From the IMG/VR virus record IMGVR_UViG_3300012953_000079, positions 1 to 37,751 of that record: DNA of 37,751 bases. One strand, given 5' to 3'. A program made the translations under genes and the position numbers. The DNA is from a virus. Lineage: Duplodnaviria > Caudoviricetes. Below the pieces are notes generated by a model, which did not search any database, was not told where the DNA came from, and was given only the letters and a program-made list of their open reading frames with translations. This document shows positions 36,818 through 37,751 of this stretch, one piece after another (the stretch's first letter is position 1; the number at the start of each line of letters is the position of its first letter).

Positions 36818-37129
36818 TGCAATAAATTAAAGTCTTTACATAGTCTTATTATTACACAGAATTAGGTAATATTTAAAAAAGTATGACGTTAGCCTGTTAT
36901 TATATTTATATATATACCTTATGTCACCTAAATTGGTATTTCACAATTAGAGATTTTGTATAATACATATGTATAGCATATAGCCCACCGATCCGTAAAT
37001 CGTTTTTTTAGCCCCACGGGGGCCGTTTTCCGGTCAACCCCATCATTTATTTTAGCTTTTTTAAGTTGCTAGCTTAACCCCTTAGTTACTACGACTAATT
37101 ATGGATAATATAATTAAATAATAAATACT
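36818..37129. other. Divergent intergenic region (strand switch) with hairpins
   Basis: Non-coding; GCCCC-ACG-GGGGC hairpin at 37011-37023; AT-rich tract near 36895-36917. Confidence 0.6.
37078..37113 (+). promoter_or_regulatory. Repeated promoter-like motif, copy 1
   Basis: CCCCTTAGTTACTACG-N8-TGGATAATATAA, 16 nt before the ATG at 37130. Confidence 0.7.
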
Positions 37130-37327
37130 ATGAAAAATAAATATATAAACAAATTCCATTGGAACGAAGACACTTTAGATCATTTTAAATTTAATTCAAA
37201 TTATCAAAATAGAGATGAAGTTCTAAAAGAAGTAACTGAATTTGTAGAAAATGAATGTGATTTAGAAGAAAATGAAACTGAAGAAATGTTAATAAAAGAT
37301 TTAATAAAACAAATATATAATAAATAA
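37130..37327 (+). CDS. Small acidic hypothetical protein, probably early (65 aa)
   Basis: ATG ORF with A-rich leader behind the repeated motif. Confidence 0.7.
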   Translation: MKNKYINKFHWNEDTLDHFKFNSNYQNRDEVLKEVTEFVENECDLEENETEEMLIKDLIKQIYNK

Positions 37328-37331
37328 AACT

Positions 37332-37508
37332 ATGACTACTGAAATAAACTATAATACACAAACTTTAAACACAGATGAATCATTGATACTGTTATATCAT
37401 ATGGAAAAATCACTGGGAACATTAACTGAAGATTATACAAAAAACATAAACACTTATAAAGAAGATATGAAATTAACACAATCACTTAGAAAGAAATTAC
37501 TGCAATAG
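37332..37508 (+). CDS. Small hypothetical protein, probably early (58 aa, MTTEINYNTQTLN...)
   Basis: Hand-translated; AAAACTATG start context shared with the ORF at 37683. Confidence 0.65.
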   Translation: MTTEINYNTQTLNTDESLILLYHMEKSLGTLTEDYTKNINTYKEDMKLTQSLRKKLLQ

Positions 37509-37608
37509 GTTTTTCATAGTTACCTAACCCCTGACCCTGGTCCAGTCCGTAGACGTGCGAACCGGGGTTACCAAGGGGGATACGGTACGTGTACAGCATT
37601 TATGGAAG

Positions 37609-37644
37609 CCCCTTAGTTGCTACGTTATAAATTGGATAATATAA
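37609..37644 (+). promoter_or_regulatory. Repeated promoter-like motif, copy 2
   Basis: CCCCTTAGTTGCTACG-N8-TGGATAATATAA; same spacing as copy 1. Confidence 0.7.
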
Positions 37645-37682
37645 GTATAAGATTAAAATTATAAACTATAATAAATAAAACT

Positions 37683-37751
37683 ATGAAAACTATAAAATTA
37701 AGTACAAAAGAAATAAAATTAATAAATGAAGCATGCGAGTTTTTAATGCAA
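37683..37751 (+). CDS. Hypothetical protein, truncated by the window end (MKTIKLSTKEIKLINEACEFLMQ...)
   Basis: ATG with A-rich leader behind motif copy 2; open to the window end. Confidence 0.55.
   Translation, partial: MKTIKLSTKEIKLINEACEFLMQ

Noticed and set aside
37520-37600. tRNA gene or hammerhead ribozyme
   Set aside because: No cloverleaf with a T-loop consensus and no CUGANGA/GAAA core found on either strand
37078-37644. CRISPR array suggested by 36-bp repeats
   Set aside because: Only two copies about 500 bp apart with genes between them, a variable core, and no cas genes

Overview
AT-rich (roughly 30% GC by eye) dsDNA phage genome segment, most likely a podovirus-like phage of Bacteroidota/Flavobacteriia distantly related to crAss-like phages. 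The host inference rests on gene content, TAnnTTTG promoter motifs and starts lacking Shine-Dalgarno sequences. Positions 1-36817 form a compact minus-strand late region. In transcription order it holds small basic proteins, a first tail-fibre/Gly-rich adhesin module, a groEL-groES chaperonin operon with a winged-helix-like protein and a small zincin, a lysis cassette (M15 peptidase, holin), a second and longer fibre/adhesin array, a tandem GroES-like protein, terminase, portal, acidic scaffold-like protein, major capsid protein, tail ring proteins and a 2480-aa tail protein. After a strand switch at about 36820-37130, small plus-strand ORFs begin behind a repeated 36-bp promoter-like motif. 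The most notable observations are: (1) a modular 'plug-and-socket' fibre/adhesin system built from recurring N-terminal peptides and paralogous C-terminal domains; (2) three probable +1-frame overprinted genes inside the scaffold and terminase genes, marked by local codon anomalies; (3) a phage chaperonin system with two different co-chaperonins; (4) a blue-copper-type motif in a tail fibre; (5) several GC-rich structured islands. All family assignments come from motif recognition, not database searches.
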